Positions 14,065 to 23,008 of a stretch of DNA of 39,394 nt are shown here, piece by piece. Both the position numbers and the translations under genes were made by a program. The DNA is from a virus: positions 1 through 39,394 of the IMG/VR virus record IMGVR_UViG_3300045988_030421; one strand, given 5' to 3'. Under the pieces are notes generated by a model. That model ran no database searches. It was not told where the DNA came from and saw only the letters and a list, made by a program, of their open reading frames with translations. How positions within the stretch are numbered: the stretch's first letter is position 1; each line of letters opens with the position of its first letter.

Positions 14065-14605
14065 CAAGACGGAATTAGATAAAAAGCTCGACAAGAGTGG
14101 CGGGACGGTTACTGGCAATCTGGTTGTCGATGGGAGTTTGCGCACGAACACCTTCTCCGTGGCGAACCTCGGCGTACATACGCCCGACCTCGCGCATGGG
14201 ATTACTCTTAGCTGCGAAAGTGGAAGCAGTGCCTCGCTTCTTGGAGAAGCGGCAGGGACGTATGCGAGCCTGCAGGTCGGCGCTCCAACTGGCGGCAATG
14301 ATGCGACCACAAAAGACTATGTTGACGCGAAGGTCACCGGTGTGTATACGCCGAAGGGGTCTATCGCTTTTGCGTCTTTGCCTACGGCAGCAGCCGGGAA
14401 CAGGGGCTGGGTATATAACATCTCCGATGCCTTCACGACAACGGCGGCTTTTGTCGAGGGAGCGGGGCACACCTACAGTGCTGGCACAAACGTCGTGTGC
14501 GTGGATGCTGGCAGCGGCAGCTACAAGTGGGACGTGCTCACGGGCACCATCGACCTGACGGAGCTGACGGCGGACGAGGTGCAAACGCTTTGGAATTCCT
14601 TTTGA
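13985..14605 (+). CDS. Tail-fibre-like protein
   Basis: ATG 13985 follows GGGAGG. N-terminus ...NALNKLMQIIKTALSGKADKTELDKKLDKSGGTVTGNLVVDG is a typical fibre motif and is paralogous to the N-terminus of 14621..14968. Confidence 0.6.
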   Translation: MATKYAGQNALNKLMQIIKTALSGKADKTELDKKLDKSGGTVTGNLVVDGSLRTNTFSVANLGVHTPDLAHGITLSCESGSSASLLGEAAGTYASLQVGAPTGGNDATTKDYVDAKVTGVYTPKGSIAFASLPTAAAGNRGWVYNISDAFTTTAAFVEGAGHTYSAGTNVVCVDAGSGSYKWDVLTGTIDLTELTADEVQTLWNSF

Positions 14606-14620
14606 TTGGGGGAGCGAGCC

Positions 14621-14968
14621 ATGCAGACAAGCGGAAGCGCTGCAATTAAAAAGCTGATACAGCTCGTAAAATCTGCGCTGGCTGGAAAGATGGATAAGTC
14701 TGGCGGCACGTTTACGGGCAACGTCACCGGTAAGTATTTTTGCGGCACGTGGCTGCAAACGACTGCCGCCAGCGACCTTGGCAGAACGCCTGGCAAGATC
14801 GCCGTGCTGGACGATTCCGGGTGGGTGTATTATCGCACACCGTCCGAGCTGTTGGGCGACATTGGTGCGATGTCTGGCGGGGATTACTACACCAAGGCGC
14901 AGACGGGTCAGGCAATCAAATCGTATGTTAATACCGCCATTACAGCGGCAATCAACAGCAGCTATTAA
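14621..14968 (+). CDS. Tail-fibre-like protein (short paralog)
   Basis: MQTSGSAAIKKLIQLVKSALAGKMDKSGGTFTGNV... ATG 14621 follows GGGGGAG. Confidence 0.55.
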   Translation: MQTSGSAAIKKLIQLVKSALAGKMDKSGGTFTGNVTGKYFCGTWLQTTAASDLGRTPGKIAVLDDSGWVYYRTPSELLGDIGAMSGGDYYTKAQTGQAIKSYVNTAITAAINSSY

Positions 14969-14982
14969 GGTGGTGAAACGAT

Positions 14983-15639
14983 ATGCCTACTAATGTGACA
15001 CTTACAAATTATATGGCGAACGGTGGGAAAGGTTGGTTTCCGGCCACGCGCGGAAACTGCACGTGGCTCAACTCATCCATCACGCCGGGCGACGGGGCCG
15101 CGTCCAGCGTTAAAATCACGCCGTCCGGCGCTGGAGAATGTACACTGACATCCGCAGCGCACAATCTGGTTGCATCACACAAATACTATATCAGCTTCAA
15201 GGTGCGGTTCGCGTCGGCTACAAAGGGCACTTGCGATTGGTATTGGCCGGTTGCCGAGCCTTGTGCAGCGCAAAACATGGCTTTTAATGTTGCGGCGGAA
15301 ACGTGGGTGCGCCTGTCAGCGGTATTCGAGCGCACAAGTTTTAGCAATGGCAGCTACCCTTGCCGTTTCGATTACAACAACACGGACGGGAAGAACACGC
15401 CGTTTTGGTTCACAAGTTGTATGCTGTTCGATTTGATTGCCGCCTTTGGTGCTGGTATGGAGCCTAGCAAAGAATGGCTTGACAAGCATGTCGCGGCATT
15501 TGCAGATTCGCATACTGTCGAGTATGTTAGCAATCTCGGTGAACTGTTCACCGACATTGCAAATGCGATTCGCGCGAAAAGTGGTCAGTCTGGCGAAATT
15601 TTCGCTTGTGATTTTGCAGATCGCATCCGGGCACTGTGA
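14983..15639 (+). CDS. Putative carbohydrate-binding / receptor-binding protein
   Basis: 218 aa, beta-rich and Trp/Cys-containing. The C-terminal ...LGELFTDIANAIRAKSGQSGEIFACDFADRIRAL motif recurs in Firmicutes phage fibre-associated proteins. Family not firmly recognised. Confidence 0.45.
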   Translation: MPTNVTLTNYMANGGKGWFPATRGNCTWLNSSITPGDGAASSVKITPSGAGECTLTSAAHNLVASHKYYISFKVRFASATKGTCDWYWPVAEPCAAQNMAFNVAAETWVRLSAVFERTSFSNGSYPCRFDYNNTDGKNTPFWFTSCMLFDLIAAFGAGMEPSKEWLDKHVAAFADSHTVEYVSNLGELFTDIANAIRAKSGQSGEIFACDFADRIRAL

Positions 15640-15701
15640 CTTTTTATATGCGGCGGTGTGGGAGGCTATCGAATGAGTGAAGATGATTGGGCGTGATATA
15701 A

Positions 15702-16307
15702 ATGCAATATATTGCAGATAGTAATGGCTACCTGAAAGAGGTTTCGTTCGGCTGCTCGGTGTCATGTAACGGCTCGACTTGCATCAATTATATAGGGGCA
15801 ACGCCGAGCGGCTACAGCAGCCTTGAAGAATGGTATCGTCAAGAGTGCGACAATCTGCATCAATGGAAAATCAGCGGTGGGAATCTCGTCAAGGACAGCA
15901 GCGCGACGGTTGAGGCGTTGAGCAATGTCGATTTTGTTGTGGATCATGGCACGACCGGTGTGTGGACGTGGCGAAAATGGTCTAGCGGCATTGCTGAAAT
16001 GTGGGGTGTGTTTGAGCCTGACGTTCTGGACATGAGTTCGCCGACGTGGGGGGCGTTGTATACTGCGTCGTGGATGGGATCGACCGAAAACAAAAACGGT
16101 CGAAAATATCCGTTTGCTTTCGTTGCAGAGCCGTTCGTTAACGCGACGCCAATGTGCAGAAATGCGAATTTCTGGATTGCGACCGATAGTGGAAACGATA
16201 CCGGCACGAGGCTGACACATGCCCCGGCTTATCAGTGTGTGAGAGCATCCGACGCGACACTGCGAAATCCTAAAATCAGTTATTACGTCGTTGGTAAGTG
16301 GAAGTAA
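15702..16307 (+). CDS. Putative receptor-binding knob protein
   Basis: 201 aa. The DHGTTGVWTWRKWSSGIAEMWG motif is typical of distal fibre/knob domains in prophages. Confidence 0.45.
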   Translation: MQYIADSNGYLKEVSFGCSVSCNGSTCINYIGATPSGYSSLEEWYRQECDNLHQWKISGGNLVKDSSATVEALSNVDFVVDHGTTGVWTWRKWSSGIAEMWGVFEPDVLDMSSPTWGALYTASWMGSTENKNGRKYPFAFVAEPFVNATPMCRNANFWIATDSGNDTGTRLTHAPAYQCVRASDATLRNPKISYYVVGKWK

Positions 16308-16320
16308 AGGAGGGGATAGC

Positions 16321-17061
16321 GTGGAGATCATTCAGAAATTTGTAACGCAAAATCAGATGTATACGAGCTATACGAGAATCCCGGTGCGCAAGCTGGTGCT
16401 GCATAGCGTAGGCTGTGCGCAGCCAAATGCGGAAGTTTTTGCGAGATCATGGCAGACGGCGAGATATTTTGCTCATGCTGTGCTTCAAGCTGACGGCACG
16501 GTATATCAGGTTATGCCGTGGGATTATCTTTGCTATCATGTCGGAGCAGCGAATGCATATAGCATCGGCGTTGAAATGACCGAGCCTGATTGCATCCGTT
16601 ATACAGGCGGTGCGACGTTTACTTGCTCCGATTGGGATAGGGCGGCAGCGCAGGTCGAGGGCACGTATTGGACGGCGGTTGAGCTGTTCGCGAAGCTGTG
16701 CGAGGAATTTGGTCTCAATCCGTATAATGACATTATGTCTCACAATGAGGCTGGCAAGATGGGCATCGGTACAGATCATGTCGATCCGGAGCATCTTTGG
16801 AAGCAGCTCGGCATGGGCTACACGATGGATGGATTCCGGCAGGACGTCTATGAAAAGATGCATGAAAGCGAGGTGGATGAAGAAATGGCTATCAGATATA
16901 ACCGTGTTGATGAAATGCCGAGTTACTACCGTGAGGAAGCGCAGGCCCTTGTCGATTGCGGAGCATTGCGCGGCGATGAGCATGGTAATCTCAAAGTCAC
17001 TGAGGATATGCTGCGCTGTTTGATTATCAGCAAGCGTTACTCTGACAAAGTTAACGGGTAA
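16321..17061 (+). CDS. N-acetylmuramoyl-L-alanine amidase (Amidase_2/PGRP-type endolysin)
   Basis: ...LVLHSVGCAQ...YHVGAANAYSIGVEM...SHNEAGKMGIGTDHVDPEHLW. GTG 16321 after AAGGAGGGG is the chosen start; the track lists TTG 16291. The C-terminal ~55 aa look like a single SLH-like repeat. Confidence 0.85.
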   Translation: MEIIQKFVTQNQMYTSYTRIPVRKLVLHSVGCAQPNAEVFARSWQTARYFAHAVLQADGTVYQVMPWDYLCYHVGAANAYSIGVEMTEPDCIRYTGGATFTCSDWDRAAAQVEGTYWTAVELFAKLCEEFGLNPYNDIMSHNEAGKMGIGTDHVDPEHLWKQLGMGYTMDGFRQDVYEKMHESEVDEEMAIRYNRVDEMPSYYREEAQALVDCGALRGDEHGNLKVTEDMLRCLIISKRYSDKVNG

Positions 17062-17128
17062 TCGGTCGAGAAATAAAAACTAATTTGCTCTGAGAGCGCC
17101 TGAGCAACACGGTAAAGGGGGTGCGTAA

Positions 17129-18268
17129 ATGGGTTTTTTGACGGATTGGCTTGGTCGGCGAGTGTCCGAGGCTGAATTGGATGCAGTGACGAGCAAACTC
17201 AAGGACATTGTCTTTTATAAGGAGCTTGCCTTGTACATTGCAAAGAGCTACATCGCGAATACGATCTCGAAATGCGAATTTCTTGTTTATGAGAATGGGC
17301 AGGAGGTTCGTAACGAGCTGTATTATGCCTTGAACGTTTCGCCGAATCCGAATCAGAGCAGCAGCCAATTTCTGAACAAGCTCATCAATACGCTGTATGA
17401 CAAAAACGAGGTGCTTGTAGTCCCGAAAGGTGCGGAGCTGTACATTGCCGATAGCTTTTTGCAAGAAGAAAAGCCGTTGCGCGAAAATATGTTTACGAAC
17501 ATCTGCATTGACGACAAGGCAATCGGCAAGAGTTACAAAGCGTCTCAGGTCTTTTATTTCAAGCTGGACGACAAAAGGGTTTCCGGGTTGATCGAGGGCT
17601 TGTATGGCACATATGGGCAGCTCATGTCGTGTGCTATTGCGGCATATAAGCGTAGCAATGGGCAAAAGTACAAGCTCGTTATCGACGGCATGAAAGCTGG
17701 CGATCAGAAATTCGCCGAGCAGTTCAACACGACGATCAAGCAGCAGCTCCAATCGTTCATTGAGAACGAGAATGCTGTTTATCCGCAGTTCCGTGGCACG
17801 GACTTGCAGACAATCGGCACAGCAGACACAGGGGCGAGTTCGAGCGATGTTGTGGCATTGCGAAAAGAGATTTTCGACATTGCTGCACAGGCGTTTAAGA
17901 TTCCGAACAGTATGATGTACGGCAACATTACGAACATGGGCGAGATCGTTAAGGTCTACCTGTCGTTTTGCATTGATCCGTTGGCGGATATGCTGTCGGA
18001 GGAATTGACGCGCAAGACAAACACGTTCGAGACGTGGAATGGCGGCAAAAATTGCGTCGTGTGCGATACGTCGATGATTAACCATATCGACATTCTTGAC
18101 GTGGCAGACAAGGCGGACAAGTTGATTGCGAGCGGTGTCTGCAATATCGACGAGGTGCGGCGAGTGCTCAGTATGCGACCTCTCGATACCGAATTCAGTC
18201 AGCGCCATTACATAACGAAAAATTATGCTAATGTCGATGAAGTTTTGAGCGGGGAGGTGAGCGGATGA
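17129..18268 (+). CDS. Portal protein (HK97-family-like)
   Basis: 379 aa. Position and size fit, and it lies upstream of the protease and capsid genes. RBS is AAGGGGGTG. Confidence 0.85.
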   Translation: MGFLTDWLGRRVSEAELDAVTSKLKDIVFYKELALYIAKSYIANTISKCEFLVYENGQEVRNELYYALNVSPNPNQSSSQFLNKLINTLYDKNEVLVVPKGAELYIADSFLQEEKPLRENMFTNICIDDKAIGKSYKASQVFYFKLDDKRVSGLIEGLYGTYGQLMSCAIAAYKRSNGQKYKLVIDGMKAGDQKFAEQFNTTIKQQLQSFIENENAVYPQFRGTDLQTIGTADTGASSSDVVALRKEIFDIAAQAFKIPNSMMYGNITNMGEIVKVYLSFCIDPLADMLSEELTRKTNTFETWNGGKNCVVCDTSMINHIDILDVADKADKLIASGVCNIDEVRRVLSMRPLDTEFSQRHYITKNYANVDEVLSGEVSG

Positions 18269-19062
18269 AAAATAAATATTATTCGCTTGTGCAGCTTGGA
18301 GACGAGGCAACGATCAACATTTACGGCGACATTACCTCGTGGCCTTGGGAGGAAATTGGCGACGTTTCGGCGTACAATCTGTCGAAGCAGCTTGACGAAA
18401 TGCAGAATGTGAAGCAGATCAACGTCCATATTTCCAGTTACGGCGGCGAGGTGAAAGAGGGGCTTGCGATTTACAATGCCCTGAAAAACAATCCGGCAAA
18501 GGTCGTCACGTATTGTGATAGTTTTGCGTGTTCAATCGCGAGCGTTATCTTCATGGCAGGCGACGAACGGCTTATGTCGAAAGCCAGCCTCTTGATGATC
18601 CACAACGCATGGACGTATGCCGAGGGTAATGCCGAAGAGCTGCGCAAGCAGGCCGACGACCTTGAGGTCATTACGAGCGCCAGCATCGAGGCGTACAATA
18701 TGCACACGAACATCGGCAAAAACAAGATCAAAAAGTTGATGGATGCCGAAAGCTGGATCAAGCCGAGCGATGCTGTCACTTGGGGCTTTGCGACCGGCAT
18801 CTTGGAGGATGAAAAAGCCGACAATCCGGTGCAGAGCATCAAGGAAAAGCTCGTAAACATTGTTATGGCGGCTCAGGCTGGCGCAGGAGACGGCGAAGAT
18901 GGCGAGCAGGAGATAGCGGAGGGCGAAGAAGAAAAGCCCTCAGAGGGCGAAAAAAGCGGCTCAGATGAGCAGCAGGGCGAGGCTGAGGGGAATTCCGAGG
19001 CAGAAACGGCGGAACAGGCTGAAAACGATATGGTTTTCGGCTTTTTCAATGCGATTATTTAA
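18265..19062 (+). CDS. ClpP-like (S14) prohead serine protease with acidic C-terminal extension
   Basis: ...INVHISSYGGEVKEGLAIYNAL...CDSFACSIASVIFMAGDERLMSKASLLMIHNAW... The C-terminal ~80 aa are E/G/S-rich. Confidence 0.85.
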   Translation: MKNKYYSLVQLGDEATINIYGDITSWPWEEIGDVSAYNLSKQLDEMQNVKQINVHISSYGGEVKEGLAIYNALKNNPAKVVTYCDSFACSIASVIFMAGDERLMSKASLLMIHNAWTYAEGNAEELRKQADDLEVITSASIEAYNMHTNIGKNKIKKLMDAESWIKPSDAVTWGFATGILEDEKADNPVQSIKEKLVNIVMAAQAGAGDGEDGEQEIAEGEEEKPSEGEKSGSDEQQGEAEGNSEAETAEQAENDMVFGFFNAII

Positions 19063-19080
19063 TTTCAAGGAGGACTGAAA

Positions 19081-20304
19081 ATGATTAAAGTTCAGAATGA
19101 AAAGGAAGCAGCTGCGAAGATCATGGAGGCTATGAAGTCCGGCGACGAGGGCCAGATCAAAGAGGCTTGGCAGGGCTTCCACGATTCCGTGGCGGCGCAG
19201 GTCATGGCTGATTTTGAAGAGATCAAGCAGAGCAACGATGCTGCCGTCCTTGCGCAGCGCGGCTATCGTCAGCTTACCACTGCCGAAACGAAGTGGTATC
19301 AGAAAGTTATCGACGCGCTCAAGAGCGACAATCCGAAGCAGGCGTTCACGACCATTATCGGCGGCAACGATGAGGATTCCCTCATGCCGACGACCATCAT
19401 CGAGGACGTTTACAAGCATCTCGCCGAGGATCATCCCCTGCTTGCCGCAATCAATTTCCAGAGCGTCGGCTACCTGACGAAGTGGGTGCTTAATAACCAC
19501 ACCGCGCAGTCTGCCGTCTGGGGTACGATCACTTCTGCGATCACGAAGGAGATCACGTCCTCGTTCAAGGTTATCGACCTCAAGCAGAGCAAGCTGTCCG
19601 CGTATGCGGTCATTGAGCAGGGCATGCTCGATCTGGGCCCGACGTTCCTTGACGGTTATATCCGCACCTGCCTTGCTGAGGCTCTTGCAAAGGGTCTTGA
19701 AAGTGCGATCATCAGCGGCAATGGTCTGAACACGCCTATCGGTCTTATCAAGGACATTCACACCGGCGTGACTGTCAACACGTCCACCGGCTACCCGAAC
19801 AAGACCGCGACTTCCGTTACTGACTTCACTCCGGCGAGTTATGGTGCGCTCATCAAGACGCTTGCGACCACTGAGGGCGGCAAGTCTCGTAAGTTCGGCA
19901 AGGTGTGGCTCATCTGCAATCAGGCTGACTACCTGACGAAGATCATGCCTGCTACCACTGTCCTGAACAGTGCTGGCAGCTATGTGAATAACCTGTTCCC
20001 GTTCCCGACCGAGGTTATTATCAGTAATGAGGTCAGCACCGGCAAGGCAGTTCTCGCGCTGCTGGATGAGTATTTCCTCGGTGTCGGCGGCGACAAGAAC
20101 GGCGTTATCGAGTATTCCGACGAATACAAGTTCATCGAGGATCAGCGCGTTTTCAAGATCAAGCAGTATGCGGCAGGCCGTTGCTTCGACAACACGTCCG
20201 CGCTGTATCTTGACATCAGCGCCGTGAAGCCTGCGTTCGTGACCGTCCAGAACGTTGAGGTCAATAACACTGTGAACACTACGTCTGATACTCCGACCGG
20301 CTGA
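19081..20304 (+). CDS. Major capsid protein, HK97 family
   Basis: 407 aa with a helical N-terminal delta-like domain. ...LAEALAKGLESAIISGNGLNTPIGLI... matches the HK97-type pattern. It follows the protease. Confidence 0.8.
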   Translation: MIKVQNEKEAAAKIMEAMKSGDEGQIKEAWQGFHDSVAAQVMADFEEIKQSNDAAVLAQRGYRQLTTAETKWYQKVIDALKSDNPKQAFTTIIGGNDEDSLMPTTIIEDVYKHLAEDHPLLAAINFQSVGYLTKWVLNNHTAQSAVWGTITSAITKEITSSFKVIDLKQSKLSAYAVIEQGMLDLGPTFLDGYIRTCLAEALAKGLESAIISGNGLNTPIGLIKDIHTGVTVNTSTGYPNKTATSVTDFTPASYGALIKTLATTEGGKSRKFGKVWLICNQADYLTKIMPATTVLNSAGSYVNNLFPFPTEVIISNEVSTGKAVLALLDEYFLGVGGDKNGVIEYSDEYKFIEDQRVFKIKQYAAGRCFDNTSALYLDISAVKPAFVTVQNVEVNNTVNTTSDTPTG

Positions 20305-20319
20305 TACGAGGTGAAATAA

Positions 20320-20619
20320 ATGGACGAAACTTTGTTTGCACAGGTAAAGCGTAAACTCAACATCACGTGGGAAGATGCCGACACGGACAGCAGAGTTTCG
20401 GACATTATCGACACGGCTAAGTCAGTGATGCTCTACAAAATGGGCATCACTGATGCCGAGTTCGATTTTTCCGCAGCAGGCATCGAAAATCTGCTCTTTT
20501 TGGCGTATTGCCTGTACATGTACAATCATTGCGAGAACGAGTTTGACGACAATTACCGGGGGCTTATCCTGCAATGTCGGGCGAAATATGAGGTGACAGC
20601 CGATGCAGAAACAAAGTAA
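20320..20619 (+). CDS. Head-tail connector (gp6-like)
   Basis: 99 aa. ...VKRKLNITWEDADTDSRVSDIIDTAKSVM... and position after the capsid gene. Confidence 0.6.
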   Translation: MDETLFAQVKRKLNITWEDADTDSRVSDIIDTAKSVMLYKMGITDAEFDFSAAGIENLLFLAYCLYMYNHCENEFDDNYRGLILQCRAKYEVTADAETK

Positions 20620-20953
20620 TTTTACACGTTTCAACGATGGCGTTGCACTCATCTACCGCGACAATGCAGAGCGCACCACGTTCGGAGCAAAAACCAACAC
20701 GCGAGGCGTTGAGGATATGACATTCGTCGTCAAGCTCGCCTTTGAAGAGCTGAGCAAGCGGCAGCAGGATCAAGAGTTCGCCGAGCAAGCAGGCTTTTCT
20801 TTGTCAATGAAGATCAGGACGCGCCTTGTCGCAGGCGTTGACAGCAAATGCAAGGCGGTTATCGGCAAGACATTGTATGATATTTCGTACCTTGATAAGG
20901 GCAGGAGCGAGCTTTTTCTGTATTTGGAAGAGGTGAGGCAGCTTGATTCTTGA
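20603..20953 (+). CDS. Head closure / head-tail joining protein
   Basis: 116 aa. ...KAVIGKTLYDISYLDKGRSELFLYLEEV fits head-tail adaptor proteins, and synteny agrees. Confidence 0.55.
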   Translation: MQKQSNFTRFNDGVALIYRDNAERTTFGAKTNTRGVEDMTFVVKLAFEELSKRQQDQEFAEQAGFSLSMKIRTRLVAGVDSKCKAVIGKTLYDISYLDKGRSELFLYLEEVRQLDS

Positions 20954-21302
20954 GGACATAAGCGAAAAGCTGAAAACGATTGATCCTAACACGTTCTACG
21001 GCATGGTAGATTCCACTCAGGTAACGGGCGAGTGGAATTATATCGTTTTCATGCGCAAGCGCTTGACGGTCGGTGCAAATAAGCAGGAGCTTTCCGACCG
21101 GTTTACCGTTGCTATTGTCCGCGAAAATTACATACCCGAGGGGCTTGAAAAGCAAGTTATCGAAAAGATGTGTGAAATTCCGGGCATGCGCATCGGATCA
21201 GCCGATTGCGAGTACAATTACACGCAAAAGCCGAACACAAACACGGTTGTCGAGCTGCTGACGATGGAGTTTGTCAGGGCACGAAAGCGAGCTGGTGAGT
21301 AA
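20943..21302 (+). CDS. Neck/tail-completion protein (hypothetical)
   Basis: TTG start after GAGGTGAGG. The call rests on synteny only. Confidence 0.45.
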   Translation: MILEDISEKLKTIDPNTFYGMVDSTQVTGEWNYIVFMRKRLTVGANKQELSDRFTVAIVRENYIPEGLEKQVIEKMCEIPGMRIGSADCEYNYTQKPNTNTVVELLTMEFVRARKRAGE

Positions 21303-21700
21303 TGGCGAAAGAGGTTTTTAGCCTCCGTTTGGCTGCTACCGATGAGCTGATTGAGAAAATGAAAGCGTATCAAGGCAATGTCGAAAATGTAGTCAACGAA
21401 GTGCTTTGGGATCAGGGTGGCCCGTTAATCAATCAGGCTATTATGCAGCTTTTGCCGCGATCCGGCAGGACGTGGAAAGGGAAAAAGAAAGCGGCGGCAG
21501 ATGCGAAACCGTTCGTACAGAGAAACGACAATCTTGCCGTTGTAATTAAGACGTATGGATATGATTATCTGTACTTCCCGGACGATGGTTCGACCACGCG
21601 AAAACATGCTGGGCAGCAGCATTTTATGTTCCAAGGCGCAGAAAATGAGCGGAAAAAAATTATCGACCTCTGTATAGCACGGCTTACGGAGGATTTTTAG
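21302..21700 (+). CDS. HK97 gp10-like tail/neck component
   Basis: 132 aa. Supported by synteny and the ...RSGRTWKGKKKAA...AVVIKT..YDYLYFPDDG pattern. Confidence 0.45.
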   Translation: MAKEVFSLRLAATDELIEKMKAYQGNVENVVNEVLWDQGGPLINQAIMQLLPRSGRTWKGKKKAAADAKPFVQRNDNLAVVIKTYGYDYLYFPDDGSTTRKHAGQQHFMFQGAENERKKIIDLCIARLTEDF

Positions 21701-21712
21701 GAGGTTGAAAAA

Positions 21713-22288
21713 ATGACTAACGGTGTTTTCTCCGATTTTGAAATCGACAAAATGAGCGTTAAGTTCGCGGATGCAAGTGGCGCGAGCGAGACGGCAATCG
21801 CTATGAATTGCGTCGGCTCTGTCGAGGAAGAGCTTACCGCGAAAGAAATCACGAAGAAGTGTCGCGGCGTTGTTATCAAGGACGTCGTTAAGGGCACCGG
21901 CGAGGGCACGCTGACGATCTCGGCGCATGTTCCGACGACCATTTTCACAAAGGCGTTCGGCATGACGCAGAGCGACCTTGCCGAAGGTGTTCAGGCGTAT
22001 GGCAGTAATAGCCGCCATAAGGAGTTCTGCCTGACGATGCATGTTCTTGATGAGGACGGCGCTGAAAAGTACAAGGCTTATCCTAAGTGCATTTTCAAAG
22101 CACGCCCGAAGATCAGCATCGAGAACGGCGCTGAGGAAGTCGCCGAGGTCGAAATGGAGATCGCCGTCATGCCTGATGATAAGGGCAACGGCATGTATGA
22201 GGCGCTTGCGTCCGGTCTTTCCTCCACGATTACTACCGGCTGGATGGAGAATTTTAACTACGATCTCGTCAAGACGGCGAGTGCTTGA
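21713..22288 (+). CDS. Major tail protein
   Basis: 191 aa with a strong RBS (AGGAGG). Position before the chaperone pair and tape measure. Confidence 0.65.
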   Translation: MTNGVFSDFEIDKMSVKFADASGASETAIAMNCVGSVEEELTAKEITKKCRGVVIKDVVKGTGEGTLTISAHVPTTIFTKAFGMTQSDLAEGVQAYGSNSRHKEFCLTMHVLDEDGAEKYKAYPKCIFKARPKISIENGAEEVAEVEMEIAVMPDDKGNGMYEALASGLSSTITTGWMENFNYDLVKTASA

Positions 22289-22307
22289 GTGGGGGGGCGA
22301 ACGTGAA

Positions 22308-22463
22308 ATGAAAGTTATCACGAAAGTAAAATTCCGCGATATTCACACGAACGAAATCCACGAAATCGGCGACGTTTTTACGTGCAGCAAGGCGCGTTTT
22401 AACGAGATTCTCACGTCCGGTGAATTCGTCGAGGAATACAAAGAGGAAAAGGACGAAAAGTAA
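22308..22463 (+). CDS. Small hypothetical protein (51 aa)
   Basis: ATG 22308 is internal to track ORF 22041..22463. Product is MKVITKVKFRDIHTNEIHEIGDVF... It is followed by a terminator. Confidence 0.45.
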   Translation: MKVITKVKFRDIHTNEIHEIGDVFTCSKARFNEILTSGEFVEEYKEEKDEK

Positions 22464-22467
22464 CGAA

Positions 22468-22492
22468 AAGGGGCAGGAAACTGCCCTTTTTT
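22468..22492 (+). terminator. Rho-independent terminator/attenuator inside the late operon
   Basis: GGGCAG (22471-22476), loop GAAA, CTGCCC (22481-22486), then TTTTTTG. Confidence 0.7.
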
Positions 22493-22702
22493 GTGTATAT
22501 ATGGCAAAAATACCGCGCTAAAATGAAGCGTTTCGTGCTGGCAGCCCTTAAAGGCGTAAAATTACGGCTCAGAGCCGTCAGAATTTCATGTATGAAAGTA
22601 TATTAACTGCCACTGAAACGGGATTTGTTTAGTCAAATAAAGAGACAAAGTGCGGTTTTTGTGCCTCACTCATGGACATTGAAAAAACGGAGGCAAAAAA
22701 CA

Positions 22703-23008
22703 ATGCTGAAAAACACACTGTATGAATTTGAATTCGCAGACGGCGACAAGGTGAAAATGACGCTCGCATTTTATGCTCTGTATCAGATCAAGAGCATTAA
22801 CCGGGGGCTGTACGACCGGTACAATAAGATCATGACGAAAGGCGCAACGGAAGAGCTTGACATGCTCACGGTGCTTTATACGGCGTATGTTTGCGCCAAT
22901 ATTTCCGGCGAGATCATGACCGAGGAAGAATTCCTTATTAAGTGCGGTTCTGACCGTCAGGCGATCAAGACTGCAATGGAGCAGCTCGTAACGCCAAAAA
23001 AACGGTAG
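22703..23008 (+). CDS. Tail assembly chaperone (G-like, short product)
   Basis: ATG 22703 follows ACGGAGG. 101 aa. It lies immediately upstream of the tape measure and ends just after an A7 slippery run. Confidence 0.7.
   Translation: MLKNTLYEFEFADGDKVKMTLAFYALYQIKSINRGLYDRYNKIMTKGATEELDMLTVLYTAYVCANISGEIMTEEEFLIKCGSDRQAIKTAMEQLVTPKKR

Noticed and set aside
14075-14758. 227-aa minus-strand ORF and several short plus-strand ORFs (14097-14558, 14740-14993) in the fibre genes
   Set aside because: They are Arg/Cys/Pro-rich products of alternative frames in a GC-rich coding stretch. The fibre-like frames have RBSs and conserved fibre motifs.
17051-18310. 419-aa minus-strand ORF covering the whole portal gene
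   Set aside because: It is antisense to a well-supported portal CDS. The product is R/L/H/N-rich low complexity with no RBS and no recognisable motif, so this is a typical shadow ORF.
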